Assembly: GCF_030684315.1 (NCBI RefSeq)
Contig: NC_081396.1
Span: forward strand, 4,650,001 to 4,714,000
DNA: 64,000 nucleotides
Direction: 5' to 3'
Source of the DNA: Stegostoma tigrinum
Taxonomy: Eukaryota
Every line of letters starts with the position of its first letter. The stretch's first letter is position 1. The notes beneath the pieces were generated by a model. The model saw nothing but the letters and a program-made list of their open reading frames with translations, was not told the DNA's origin and searched no databases. The position numbers were made by a program, and so were the translations under genes. This document shows, piece after piece, positions 49,986 to 64,000 of this stretch.

Positions 49986-52900
49986 TGCTTTCACTGCAGG
50001 TATGTTTTGCACATGAGTCCAGACACACAGCAGTGCAGTTGATACTGATTTGCTTTGTGATATGGCATCGCAGCGACTCAGTTAAAATTGTGATTGCTAA
50101 CAAACGTTGCTCTTGTCCATGATTTCAACATCCATGAAGAAGCAAGTAAATTCATAATTTGATTAACTGGCCCGGCAAAATTCTCAGCAGTGAAATCTGT
50201 CGCAGTTATTTTTTCGAGTAAGCTGCAATTAATCGGCGGCCATATGTACACTTCGTGTTTGTTTCCAAACTAATTGTTGTTTATTTTACGATGTAAATAT
50301 TTTCTATCCTTTCTTGCATATATTTACGTTATATTTTTTTCCCTTGCTTCTTCTTTACTTTATTGCATTTTTGATTGTTCCTCTTCTTTTTTCCTTCATG
50401 TTCTGTTGGAAATTGTTGCAGAACTTTGTTTTGGACAGACTTCATTTTTCAGGAGAATAAATGTTTTTAAAAACAGCAACAGTTTTGCAAGCATAAAATA
50501 CAATTCTCTCAAGGTTAAATGTTTCACAAAATTTCTCCGACAATATGGCCTTGTTTTGAATTGAAATGCGAGCTTTCTAGTTCTTTCAATTTCTCAAACA
50601 GATTGTCTCAGTCTTTTTTTCCGCATAACATAGTAGTGATTTGGTCCGTTCTCAGAGAATATGTGGTCAGGCTTGTTGTATCAGTTATTAATTAATCATC
50701 ATGGCGTCGACAGTTCTGCTGTCAGTGGCCAACTGGTGTAATATTCATCAGTGTAATTTAATTGTCGTTCAGTTTCCTGTCAATCACACCGATGTGCTGT
50801 CTCTGTTTTGTCTTGGCCTCCACAGCTGAAGACAGTCTCCCTGTTAACAGTTGATTTCACCTTTGACCAACACGTGCCCATTTCTGGTCAGAGCTGAAAA
50901 TAAACTATTGCACATTGAAAGCAGCATCTCATTCATGTCCGCACACACACCAACATCAAAGTTGTACTGATATGTTCTATAAGTGAATACTGGAATAAAA
51001 ATTTTAGCATGTGATTCTGCAGAGTAAAACCGATATTTGATTTGATACCTGAATAGGCTGCCTATGATTGCATCTATATCATTTTAATCCCTTCTCTCCC
51101 ATTGATTTTGATCTTACTGACCAATGTATTTCCGTTACATATAATTCAATGATACAGAAATTATCCAAAAGACTCCAGCACCACAACAATAACGAGTGTC
51201 AACCTGTCCCAGAGGCTGAGAAGCCGAGAAAGTGCATTATTCCACTCTTTATGATCTCGTTAATTTTAACCTGCTTTTTTTTTAACAATCAAGATGCTCT
51301 CACCACACTGTCTTGTGCTTCTACTGGTGCTGTGAGACTGGAAAGGGGAGCTGTGTTTTTTTTTCTTTTTAAGTCAATGGACAGTCCCCATGCAGGGCCA
51401 CATTATTTTTGGGAAAATATACTCCTACTATATGAGCAATACATTGCTCTTTTAGTGCAACTATTTCTGACTTTCAGAATATAATGCCTTCACTCAGTCA
51501 TACCTTCATAAAAATACATATTGATGGCCCATACAAGAGAGGCAGAGCCTAGCCAGTCATCATTCTCAGGGTGGATATTTGATAAACTAGCTAGAAGGAT
51601 CCACACCTCGATATTTTAAACAAAATTTGATATTACAATATATTTATTCAACTTCAGTTTGAATTTTACTTGTCAGCTATTTATCCAGATCCCTGTATGG
51701 TCTCGGTTTCAACATCAACATTAATTTATTTAACAAAAGAAAAGGAATTCCTATTTTTATCGATATCCTACACTGACCAAAAGTTAGAAAACTTTTTTTC
51801 AGTGTAAGTTATGAAAACAATATCAATCCAACTCTTGAGGAAGAAATCCCCATGTTACTCTTATATGATGGGAGCTCAAACTCATTCAGAAGGAAAAAAA
51901 TGGACCTCAGTCTCATTGAAAGCAATTACATTTCTAATCGTGCCAGACGCCTGCAGAACTGGCTACCAGAATTGGATTGTAGAATAAGGCCCCGATTGAT
52001 GCAGTTTACATTTTTAAAATTGAATTGACGCCTCTGGCTTAAATATCAGATGGGCGACATTTGATTCCACATGGTGAGCTAACTGAATAGTGGAGAAACA
52101 AAATCACGAAGTGATAAATGGGACAAGGTTTGCACGGAGGGCGATGAATATATTATTTATTTCCCACTGTTTAAAAGAAGCACTGTCAGTGACGGTTGAG
52201 CACAGCAGGAGGCTCCTCATCCCCGCTCAACAACTTTTCTGGGTCACCGCAGAGATGCAGACATTGTGGTAGGAGTTGAATAGTAAGGATATGTTCATCA
52301 TCTCTGAAAGAATGTACTGTGGCCATTAAAATCCACAACGCTGAAATAGAATCTGTCCGTGGAGGAAATGCACAAAACATGTGGTCCACAGAAGGAGGAA
52401 GCTGAGAGAAACAGTGAAGAGGAGGACAATTGACTTCTTACTGATTGACTTCTCCAGTGCTTCTTGGTTACTTTTGTCCCAGAGGCTCCTTCGGTCTTGG
52501 CTGGCTGCAATGATGAGTCTGGCGGTCAGGACATTGAGAAGCAGAATTAAATGATATCAGATAAATGGAATGAAGATATATTCCAGCTATTGGTCAGCCT
52601 GCCAGGTGAGTGAGGTGTCAAATGTAGGCCTGGCGCATCAGAACGACGGCACACCCTCCCGTATACGCATGGGCTAGTAGCTGAAGTCCAACAATGTTCT
52701 TAATACAGATCAGGGGACAAACCACTCCAATGGTCAGAAGTGCAATTTAGGCCAGGACAGTTTCTGTTCTTCAGGCTCTGGAAGCAGGTGGCCACAAAAT
52801 GTACACTGATAAAGACCACAATCCACCAGGGTGAGAAATCCTTGGAGGCAAAGGCCAGGACATCATTGAGCTTGAAAGAGGGAGTTGTTACAGGACACAT

Positions 52901-55900
52901 TCATGAAAGTTGCTCTCAACGATCTGGCTGATAATGATGACAGAGATGTTGACAAGGAAATCAGGCAACACAATCGCCATCAGATAGTAGCTAATGAAAA
53001 ACGAAATGCCACTCCATCCTGGAGTTATGATCACAATCGCCACATATCTGCTTGGTGAAAAATATTACTCAGTAGCCATCACAAAAATAAAAAAGCCTCC
53101 ACCAGGTTAAAATGAAACCTTCTTAATTCCTCCCCTTGCCACATCCCAAGTCTTATTATTATGAAGCACATGTCATTTTTCACCTTCCAATGTTGGATGA
53201 AGCAATTGTCATGGAGACTTTGCAGTCAGTGTCTGAAATAAATTTGGCTCTCTGGCAACTGAGTCAAATCCGTGTTCAACTGTGACATGTACGCCGATCA
53301 TAAAAAAAATTTGAGACCAGTCCTGTATTCGTATCAAGACCCATTCTGCACACAGTCTCTGTTAGCTGATCGGAAACCGCTGGGTTTCAGTCATCACTTC
53401 CATCGAATTTCCAAATAATTTGATAGTCCTGAAATCCCTGTCCTTATTCATTGTTCAATGATCACCGATTTCGGAGATCAGCTTTTTTTTGACATTCCTG
53501 ATATTACCTGCTCCAACAGTGCCGTTCATGCCTGAGATATCGATATCCTGATGTCTTTAAGTTCACTCCTTCAAGGGTCGGCATTTCCTAATTTCTTTAG
53601 GATTCTTCTGTTGTCCCAACTCCTTAATCAAACTTTGAATCAAACACCTCTTGATATTTTTTCTTTCCGAAATTTCTTGTTCTTCCTGCTCTGAAATATC
53701 CACACGATGTGAAATGCAAAGTCTGAACAAGAAGACAGAACTGGCACAGGTAGAAATTAGCAATAAGATGCAACCTTCTCGGACATATGAACACACAAAC
53801 TAAATGTACAAATGACACATTCAGCAAGACAACTTTTATTTACCAGTGATCCAGCTCGCTCACAGTGAAAATGATGTCCAATTCTCTTGTACCCTTTAAC
53901 CAGCGTTCCCTGAGTAGATTAGGTTAACAGCCTCCACTGGGGGACTCATGTTCTACAGGGTCCACCAGCGGCCTTCCTTACAGTCATTACACCCCAGTCT
54001 AATCTTACCTCTTTTTTCCTTTGCATCAGCGGACACAACCACAGCCTAGACAACCATTCTTCCGAGCCGTCACGTTCCAGTCCAGTCAAGTATCCTCTCA
54101 CCAATAAAATCACATATTTTCTTTGAATAGGTCTGTTTGGATATGATATGACACATCTCCAAGGCAGATCGTGCTTGACTGCAATGTGTGGCAAAGCAGC
54201 ATCACTGATTGGGCCAGCATTTATTCCCCACCCGAGGTTTCCATTGAGAAGGTGGTGATAAGCTGCCTGCCTGAACTGCTGAAGTCCTTCTGCACTCGGT
54301 AGTCCCACAATGCCGTGAGGGAGGGAATTCCAGAATTTAAATCTTTGGAAGTATTGCTTAGATTGAGTGCACGTACATACTTTCTGTTATGGGATGATTA
54401 GTCTGAAGACAGGATTTGAGTGCTGGCCTCATGAATAACATACATACATCGTCTTGTTTTTTTTTAGTCAGTCTCACATCAATGGATTGCTTGTTGAGGG
54501 CGTAGTGATTTGCTGTGTTCCAATGAGTCTCTGGAAAATTGAAATCAAAGGAGTGACTCTCTGAAAATCAGTTTTTAAAATCTGAGAATGGATTGGACCT
54601 CTTTTGACAAGGGTGTCTCTTGCAATTTAGTCAACTTGATTTCTCCTGTCTTTGCTCATAATGATTTCTTTAACTTCTGCATTTTGTCAAGCCATTGGCA
54701 GCTCATTATTTTCAGAGATGCTTTTGTTTACTACCATGATAAAACTATTGCGAAGCCTGGGGCATTGACGGATTGCCATCTGAACACAAAGAGAACTTGT
54801 GCGAGACTATGCCCACCCAAGATTCAGAAAGCTCATCTTGTGTGCTTCTGTTCTGGACTGATGGACAGGGAATTTAGAAAGTCTTCTTACAGGGGAGTGA
54901 AGGGGATGACTTACACATTGAAAACTCAAACCAAGGGAAATACTTGTCTCCTCGAATGTTCTGTCAGTTACTGACACTCATGACCTTTGTGATACACTTT
55001 TCTGTGGAATTAAACAAGTTGACACTGAAAGATGTTTTCTCATTTCCCTCAAGAGAATGAATCCAGCCAGAATGCTTAAAATTGAAGGCAGTGAAATTGT
55101 TTTTAGAGTTTAGAATTATTAAGCTTTTGTTTGCAAATTGAAGCCTTCGTTCTGCTCTCTTCCTCCATGTTTCTGAAGCTGGTGAGGCTCCTTTACTGTG
55201 GATTCCAATCAATACCCATCCATTGCTTTATCACACTTCGGTACTCCTTGAACAGCTCTGACTCTAATCATGTTTGTCTGTTAATTGTGTATCATATTTT
55301 GTTAAGGTTTCTGCAGAATGCGTGTCAATGAATTTTTCACTGATAGCAGTTTAGCGGATTTACTTTCACATCATCTGAAACTGCTTTTCCTCCATTAGCG
55401 TGCATTTCTGCCTCTGAGCTAATGTAGACAAAGGCATTCTGCACCATTTTTATTACCTGGAATTCATTCAGCTCATCCTGAAATGTGGCTCTTTCTCTCC
55501 CACAGGTTGTTTCCTCACAATCTAATTATTTGCAAAATTTTCTCTTCTTGTATCAGATTTTCTGCATGCACAAAATTGACAAACAAGTCTTGAAACACAG
55601 ATGGACCTATAAATACAAAGCACACAAGTTGCAGTATTTTGGAACACGTCAAAATTACTGAGACGCTGAAGATGTGGAGACAGTTGTGAGGATTTTCTTA
55701 AATTTATTCACAAGGTGAGGGTGTCGCTGGCTAGACCAGCATTTCTTCCTCATTACCAATTGGCCAGAGGGCAGTTCGAGAGAGAACACTGTTGCTGTGT
55801 GTCTGGGGTATTTAGAAAGACGGGCCAGGTAAGGACGTTTGTTTCCTTACTGAAAGGCCTTTTAAGAACAAGATGGGATCTTTTGACTGTTGATAGTGGA

Positions 55901-56873
55901 ATCACGATGATCGTTACTTAATTCTGGATTTTTTTTTAAATTCAATTTTAATTCACCCAAATCAAGTGATCGGAATCCAACTCGTACTTTGGACACATGT
56001 AAGCCATTATTACTATATTATCATTCAGCAAGGATACATGAAGGCCATTGTATCGCTGTATAGATGCAGGAAAATGGTTAAGTCCAGAGGTAACAACACA
56101 ATGGATAAAACTGAAAACCAAATCAGCTGAGATTAAAGGAGAGGTGAATGGAGTCTCTTTGGAATTCGGTCTTCACAGTGATTTTGTGACAACATTGTTT
56201 TGTTTCATTCGGGAATGACACGATTGTTCCAAACAGATTGTTTCAGAATTAGATAGTTGCAAGAGATAGGGCTGATATTGTGTACAAGGAGGTTGAATTT
56301 TCAGCTGAGACTGAAGCAGCTGTTTTCATATTTCCAGTGATTCAATGGAGGTTATTTCTGCCAATCCCTTTCTGGATGTCAGACAAGTCAGGATTGTGAG
56401 AGATTTTAATGGAATTTGGAGATGATGCGTTCACATACATCCGCTGCCCTGGCTCTTCTAGACGGTGAAGGCTGAGAGTTTGCGTGATTCTGTTCAAATG
56501 CTGGTCAAGCTGGAAGAACGTACAATTTATCTTGTTTCCCTTTGCATTGCTCACGCCGCTATTGTCCACATGCAGGCGGTGCTGGCAAATGCATTTTCTG
56601 CTTGACCTGAGTGAGCCACTTGTGTTTTTACAACATTTGAGCAGATATAATGATGAATTTCACTCAGTAATAATTTACCATGTTCATTCTGCAAAGTGTC
56701 ACAACTTGATTTGCGCTGTTGTTGGTGGGCTCTTACTTTTTGTTTTCTTTTTTTTCTGTTTCAAAACAATTTCAGAGGGTGCCAGATGAGGAGGAATTAC
56801 AATCAGGGGTCATCGGTCTCGTAGCATGGAGGTTTCAGATTTATCACAAACAGAATGTCATTGGATTTTAAAC

Positions 56874-57670
56874 ATGGAAGGAACAAGTACAATTCACAAA
56901 GAAGGGAAACCCTACCGATGATCTGTGCATGGACAATGCTTCAATCATTCTTCTGGCCAGTCGAGACACAAGTACAGTCACGTTGGAGATAGACCAGAGA
57001 AACGTGGGTCTGTGATGCAGAATTCAAATTCCTGCCTGACTGGATATCCATTGGCACAAACACATTGGGGAGGGGTTAATCACATGCTCAGAGTGTGGGA
57101 AAGGATTCATTTAAACATCCTAAATTTCAACACACCAGCAAGTGCTCAACGCGGAGACAACTTTTAAATGCACTCACCCTGCAAAGTGATGTAAATATTC
57201 GGATGAACTGCTGTCCCATCGACGTGTTTCCACTGAGGAGAGACCATTCAGGTGCTCTCACTGGCGGAAAGAATTCAACACATCATCTGAAGCCACTGAG
57301 CACCAGAAAATTTACAATTTGGAACAGACTGTTAAATGCAGTGTTTGGTCATCACACCTCATAACACACAAGCTAGTTCACTCTGAGGACAGACATTTTA
57401 ATTCTTCAATTTGCAGGAAGTACTTTAAAAGTTCTCAACAAGTGAGATGTGCTTTAAAAGTTCCTAAGAAGTGATGACACATCAACGTGTTCACACTGAG
57501 GAGAGACAGTTCAGAATCTCTTACTGTCAGACTCGGTCCAAGAATTCAACTCAACTCATTGCCCATCAGAGAAATCACATTGTGGAGAGGCCATTCACCT
57601 GCACTGAGTGTGGAAAAGGATTCACCTTGAAAGACCACCTGCTGACTCACCGGCGAGTTTACATGCAACG
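56874..57670 (+). pseudogene. C2H2 zinc-finger pseudogene
   Basis: MEGTSTIHKEGKPYR*SVHGQCFNHSSGQSRHKYSH… through [33 protein letters not shown], with stops and frameshifts. Confidence 0.85.
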
Positions 57671-58374
57671 ACAGCACTTGGACAGGACTGAACATTGTTC
57701 ATTGTTTAATAAACTACAGCTCAATTTTAGCTCTTAATATTATGCATAAAACTAAATTAAACCAGATTTGTCAGTGAACACAGCTTGGGAAATTATTTTA
57801 TAATCTCTCACACGTTTGTTCTGAGTGAGCTAGTTTGGAAGTGTTGACATTCTCCCAATTTCTTCCATCCTCATCAGCAACACTAAGTGCGTGGAGATTA
57901 TGAAGCTCCTTTCTCACTGAATTTGAGAAAATCTGATTGGCTGTTTCTGCTGCCTCCCTTCCTCCCACTCCCACCCTGGGTAAAAAAAATCCTCCACAGT
58001 TCCTCCCTGCCTGAACACTGAACGCTCATCTTTCTCCAGATTGTCTCTGACAAAAGTCATTGTGGCTGTGAGAACCACCATGTCATCCCTTAGCTCTAGT
58101 CCCACTAACGTGATGACCATTCAAGTTCTCTGTGTTTACCGTTCTTGTTAAAGATTGCCTCTTATTCTCTCTCCCTCACCTTGAAATCAACAGAATCACC
58201 AATCCTCGAATAACCCCTTCACAGAATGTCTGAACGAATTACCACACAATCCCGCACATTCTTTCTTTAAACTTGATTTTCCCCGAGTATGATACAATAC
58301 TTAAAGATTAAAAAGAATCCATTCAGCCCATTGAGTCTGCAAGAACCCAAAGAAAGCTGCATCCAAAAATCATG

Positions 58375-59859
58375 GTAATGAAATATGAGGCTGGATGAAC
58401 ACAGCAGGCCAGCAGCATCTCAGGAGCACAAAAGCTGATGTTTCGGGCCTAGACTCTTCATCGGAGAGGGGGATTGGGTGAGGGTTCTGTAATAAATAGG
58501 GAGAGAGGGGGAGGCGGACCGAAGATAGAGAGAAAAGAAGATAGGTGGAGAGGAGAGTATAGGTGGGGAGGTAGGGCGGGGATAGGTCAGCCCAGGGAAG
58601 ACGGTCAGGTCAAGGAGGTGAGATGAGGTTAGTAGGTAGGAGATGGAGGTGCGGCTTGGAGTGGGAGGAAGGGATGGGTGAGAGGAAGAACAGGTTAGGG
58701 AGGCAGAGACAGGTTGGAATGGTTTTGGGATGCAGTGGGTGGAGGGGAAGAGCTGGGCTGGTTGTGTGGTGCAGTGGGGGGAGGGAACAAACTGAGCTGG
58801 CTTTGGGATGCGGTGGGGGAAGGGGAGATTTTGAAGCTGGTGAAGTCCACATTGATACCATTGGGCTGCAGGGTTCCCAAGCTGAATATGAGTTGCTGTT
58901 CCTGCAACCTTTGGGCGGCATCATTGTGGCACTGCCGGAGGCCCATGACGGACATGTCATCGAAAGAGTGGGAGGGGGAGTGGAAATCGTTTGCGACTGG
59001 GAGGTGCAGTTGTTTATTGCGAACCGAGCGGAGGTGTTCTGCAAAGCGTTCCCCAAGATGCGGCTTGGTTTCCCCAATGTAGAGGAAGCCACATCGGGTA
59101 CAGTGGATGCTGGATACCACATTGGCAGATGTGCAGGTGAACCTCTGCTTAATGTGGAAAGTCATATTGGGGTCTGGGATGAGGGTGAGGGAGGAGGTGT
59201 GGGTGCAAGTGTAGCATTTCCTGTGGTTTCAGGGGAAGGTGCCGGGTGTGGTGGGGTTGGAGGGCAGTGGGAAGCGAACAAGGGAGTCGCAGAGAGAGTG
59301 GTCTCTACGGAAAGCAGACAGAGGTGGGGATGGAAAAAATGTCTTGGCTGGTGGGGTCGGATTGTAGATGGCGGAAGAGTCGGAGGATGATGCATTGTAT
59401 CTGGAGGTTGGTGGGGTGGTGTGTGAGAACGAGGGGGATCCTCTTTCGGCGGTTGTGGCGGGGGTGGGGTGTGAGGAATGTGTTACGGGAAATGCGGGAG
59501 ACGCGGTCAAGGGTGTTCTCGACCACTGTGGGGGGAATGTTGCAGTCCTTGAAGAACTTGGACATCTGGGATGTGCGGGAGTGGAATGCCTCATTGTGGG
59601 AGCAGATGTGGCGGAGGCGGAGGAATTGGGAAGAGGGGATGGAATTTTTGCAGGAGGGTGGGTGGGACGAGGTGTATTCTAGGTCGCTATGGGAGTCGGT
59701 GGGCTTGAAATGGACATCAGTTACAAGCTGGTTGCCTGAGATGGCGATTGAGAGATCCAGGAAGGTGAATAATGTGCTGGAAGTGGCCCATGTGAACTGA
59801 AGGTTGGGGTGGAAGGTGTTGGTGAAGTGGATGAACTGTTCGATCTCCTGTGGGGAGCA
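58375..59859 (-). mobile_element. Penelope-like element, family A, minus-strand copy
   Basis: Same GIY-YIG peptide (ORF 58695-59165), RT-thumb segment and 3' end as 35446-36768. Confidence 0.88.
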
Positions 59860-59865
59860 AGAGGC

Positions 59866-60942
59866 TCGTTCTCACACACCACCCCACCAAACTCCAGATA
59901 CAATGCATCATATTCCGACTCTTCCACCATCTACAATCCGACTCCACCACCCAAGACATTTTTCCATCCCCACCCCTGTCTACTTTCCGGAGAGACCACG
60001 CTCTCCGTGACTCCCTTGTTCGCTCCACACTGCCCTCCAACCCCACCACACCGGCACCTTCCCCTGCAACCGCAGGAAATGGCACACTTCCCCCCACACC
60101 TCCTCCTTCACCCCTATCCTAGACCCCAAGATGACTTTCCACATTAAGCAGAGGTTCACCTGCACATCTGCCAATGTGGTATACTTCATCCACTGTACCC
60201 GGTGTGGCATCCTCTACATTGGGGAAACCAAGCGGAGGCTTGGGACCACTTTGCAGAACACCTCCGCTCGGTTCGCAATAAACCACTGCACCTCCCAGTC
60301 GCAAACGATTTCCACTCCCCCTCCCATTCTTTAGATGACATGTCCATCATGGGCCTCCGGCAGCGCCACAATGATGCCACCCAAAGGTTGCAGGAACAGT
60401 AACTCATATTCCGCTGGGGAAACCTGCAGCCTAATGGTATCAATGTGGACTTCACCAGCTTCAAAATCTCCCCTTCCCGCACTGCATCCCGAAACCAGCC
60501 CAGTTCGTCCCCTCCCCCCACTGCACCACACAACCAGCCCAGCTCTTCCCCTTCACTCACTGCATCCCAAAACCATTCCAACCTGTCTCTGCCTCCCTAA
60601 CCTGTTCTTCCTCTCACCCATCCCTTCCTCCCACTCCAAGCCGCACCTTCATTTCCGACCTACTAACCTCATCCTGCCTCCTTGACCTGTCCATCTTCCC
60701 TGGGCTGACTTATCCCCATGCAACCTCCCCACCTATACACTCCTCTCCGCCTATCTTCGGTCCGCCTCCCCCTGTCTCCCTATTTATTCCAGAACCCTCA
60801 CTCCATCCCCCTCTCTGATGAAGGGGCTTGGCCCGAAACGTCAGCTTTTGTACTTCTGAGATGCTGCTGGGCCTGCTGTGTTCATCCAGCCTCACTTTTC
60901 ATTATCTTGGAGTCTCCAGCATCTGCAGTTCCCATTATCACT
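59866..60942 (+). mobile_element. Penelope-like element, family A, plus-strand copy inverted against the previous one
   Basis: FTCTSANVVYFIHCTRCGILYIGETKRRLG; hammerhead core at 60815-60842. Confidence 0.88.
60812..60845 (+). ncRNA. Minimal hammerhead motif in PLE family A 3' repeat
   Basis: CT-CTGATGA-A-GGGGCTTGGCCC-GAAACGTC-AG. Confidence 0.55.
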
Positions 60943-63900
60943 AATCCATCCAAAATCACTCCGTCCCCGTCGCCCCTCTTGGGATTATACCGGGCCAACC
61001 AAACTAACTTTCACATAACAGGGACTTTGTTTTTTTTTAACATGGTCAATCCACCTACACTGCAGATTTTAGATTGTATGGAAACACGCACATTGATAGG
61101 GAGATATCCAAACTCCACAAAGACCATCGCCTAAAATTTGGAATCAAGCCGGGTTCCTTGTCATTCTAAAGCAGCAATGCTAAACAATGCGCCAGTCTGG
61201 ATTGTTCCTTCACGCCTAATATTTCAGGTTTCAGCTCTGTTACATCATCTGGAAGTACTGTTTTCTCGTCTACACTGACTGCACCAAGCTTCACCTCAAT
61301 GCCATCAATCTCCCTTCCTTCATTATCACAAATCAACCTGGCTGTGTATCCCACATCCAATATTAGAGCAGAGGAAACATCATCCAATTAAAAATTGCTG
61401 TGATCAAAGTCTCTGTCTTGGATTGCCATTACAAAAATATATTCTCAATTGACCTACTCTCTCCTTGGAACTATGACACTTCAACACATGGTTCATAATC
61501 TCTGGCACACACTCAGCCAAAAGATGAGCTTCTGACCACATGTAATTCTGACAGCAGTCCCAGATATTTCAATACTATGATGTTATCCATTGCGATTTGA
61601 TCAGAGCTCATCTGCTGGTGAAACCCACATCCAAGCCAATGTTTCCTTTCGACTTGATCGTTGGTTTGCATTCCTGACTAGCGTCTCAACTGGCTGCATG
61701 GGATCATTCAAAAACCTGTTTACCGTGTGTTTTTCCGTAGCCAGTCCTTCACACACCATCCCTGTGATTTGATATTTCCGAAATTTATCTCGGGTCACTT
61801 TCCCAACTAAAGGTGTGTGTCAAAGAATTAAAAGTTAAATCAGATTGTAACAGAGTGTAAAGAACGGTATAACGATAAATACCCAGGTGAGTGAGTTGGG
61901 TCACATGACCCTGAATGACAGAAGACATCTGAGTGACAGAATGGCTTCCTCCTGTAAACATATTCCACATAAACTTTGGTTCCAAACACAAAGGACCAAG
62001 CCCCTTAAAGAATGCAAATTTGCCCTGACTGTCACTGCTCATTTGGGCACGTTCACCCTTCGATTTCCACTTATTCCAGCTGCAAAAGATATTCATAAAA
62101 CTCAACACTGAATTTTGTGTTTCGGTTCCTTTCTACTTCCTGGAGCGAAGCGATTTCCTCAGTGTGTTTGGGAAACTGAAAGCTCACCACGAACAGTTTG
62201 TTGGATTATTTCACCTTCCCATTCTCAGTTAATGCTGGGAGATTGAAGCTGATATTGTCGTGAACATGAACTGATCTGAGGACTCACGAATTCAAGACTT
62301 ATCCCAGCTTCATGGGAATCAGAAAACTTCGTCTCGAAGTATGGAAAACGTGAAAAGAGCAGCCAAAACATGTCGGATTTGAATCTGCAATCTGCTGACC
62401 TGTCACCTGCGCCATCATCGATTGCATTAGTACCCGACACATATCCAGCTTCCACCTGCTGCAGATTTGTGGTGTGATCGGGAAAAGGAGCATTCACAAG
62501 GTGATAAAGAAGCAAGCGTAATAATTGTCACTGTTTCACTTCAATGGACCCCATTTTGTAAAGTGGTGAATATCACTGGCAAAGGAAACACATTTGTCAC
62601 AGTCGTCAGTTGTCTGCTTCAGTGTCCGCTCTCTCTGCGAGACGTTTCGATCATTTTATTCAAAGTATCTTCGCATTTTATGACTCACCCCGGGAATCTA
62701 TTTGCACACTTTGAGCCGTGGCGTTTTCCAGGTGAGGCCCCAAACAAATTCACCGACAAACTTTTGGTTCTTTGTCGACTGGGGTTTGGAATCAGACAAG
62801 TTGAATGACATCTTTATTGGTGCTACCCTTCACTGTAGCTCAGTACCTTAAAGAAGATCCCTCTTACCATCGGCCTGTTTTGCACCTTGCTAAAGTATGT
62901 TTGCTGAACATCAGATTTTCACAACTCCTCATTCTTTACAGTGAAATAAAGTGCGATAATATGAACCAGTTCAGATTTAGAGAGAGATATTATACTGCTG
63001 AAGTTGGCTGTGACATCATGAATTGACACAAATGAGGATAGAATTTCGTTCGCCAGGGTTTGCCTCGGCAGCACTGGTGTTAACTGCCTCGGATTTATAA
63101 TTTACATCGCACTTGTCTGGACACAACTCCAAGTCAAGAAATGAAGATTTACTGCAAATTATCTGAATGAAAATTAATCCCTCGTAACAAACAGAGCACC
63201 CATCCAGAATCCGTTCGAATCAGTCCAATGAGAGTTTGCTTCCACACCGAAGGACAATGACAGTAGATATACGGGAAACTATCATCCATCAATCCCCTCA
63301 AAGCACTCACCATTTCGAGTTTGAATACATTACTGTTGCTTCACAGCCGCTGGGTCTAAAACCTTAATCACCATATGTAATAGCAACAACGTTTCACCTA
63401 CGGGTCAACGAGTTCAATGGTTCAAGAAAGCCACTCATCACCTCCATATCTAGATTAATTCGGGATGGGCAATAAATCCTATCCAATTGATTGACGTCCA
63501 TATCCGAGACTTAATTTTCTGAGGTTATTGTTTCTAATCAGAGACTTGCAATTGCAACATGTCCAGAGTCAAAGCGAGGGAGCGAAATAAAAGTGAAAAA
63601 CAATGATGACTGGGAAGCATGGAGTAAGAAGAGAGTATGGAGCTGATGGTGCAAGGTTCAGTGTTGGTGCTCATTGTGGCTCACATTTCACTCCCAGTCA
63701 ATTCACCACAATGACATCACAATCCTCTTGTGATGTCCAACTTTGCATAATAGCACAGGTTATGGTCCTCGATAGAATGAACATATCCTCTTCTTCCCGT
63801 TAGTTTTCAGATGAATATATCAGTTTGAAACCACTTCCAGAGGAGATTGACTACTTCTGGAGGCAAAAAAAAACAAAAAAATGCAGTGCACGACTGTGAG

Positions 63901-64000
63901 CTAGTTGTTCACAAAGAGGGCAAATGGTTGGAGCCAGGCCAAGAGTATTGTGGTGTAGTTGATTAAAGCCTTTCCTGGGAAACAGAAAAACCTGTGTTAA

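Noticed and set aside
58610-60895. Many long ORFs (e.g. 255 aa at 58623) as host genes
   Set aside because: Alternative or antisense frames of the GC-skewed Penelope copies.
61560-62110. Possible third zinc-finger remnant on the minus strand
   Set aside because: Only a linker-like word; no finger could be reconstructed.
1-64000. Prokaryotic systems (CRISPR, operons), tRNA or rRNA genes
   Set aside because: Spliced vertebrate locus; no repeat-spacer array or structural RNA gene recognised.

Overview
Vertebrate genomic DNA from a cartilaginous fish (a shark; the sequences look orectolobiform, i.e. nurse/bamboo-shark-like, but species cannot be fixed from this window). The core is one complete, unrearranged, apparently intact IgM heavy-chain cluster on the + strand (9580-31975): leader, VH(23-RSS), D1(12/22), D2(12/12), JH(23), Cmu1-Cmu4 with secretory tailpiece, TM1 and TM2. 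All splice sites, phases and reading frames check out by hand. The rest is repeat-rich: CR1/L2-type LINE fragments, an HE1/V-SINE, two families of Penelope-like elements (PLEs) carrying hammerhead ribozyme motifs, decayed C2H2 zinc-finger genes, a 167-nt N gap and a 238-bp tandem duplication. The most notable items are (1) a T-cell-receptor Valpha/delta-like pseudogene 13 kb downstream of TM2 and a much fainter possible NAR-TCR-like V-J-V relic just upstream of VH, suggesting the IgM cluster lies in or beside TCR-derived sequence, and (2) a PLE-derived hammerhead ribozyme with an intact core on the sense strand of the JH-Cmu1 intron, next to its own antisense copy. All calls were made by eye without database searches.
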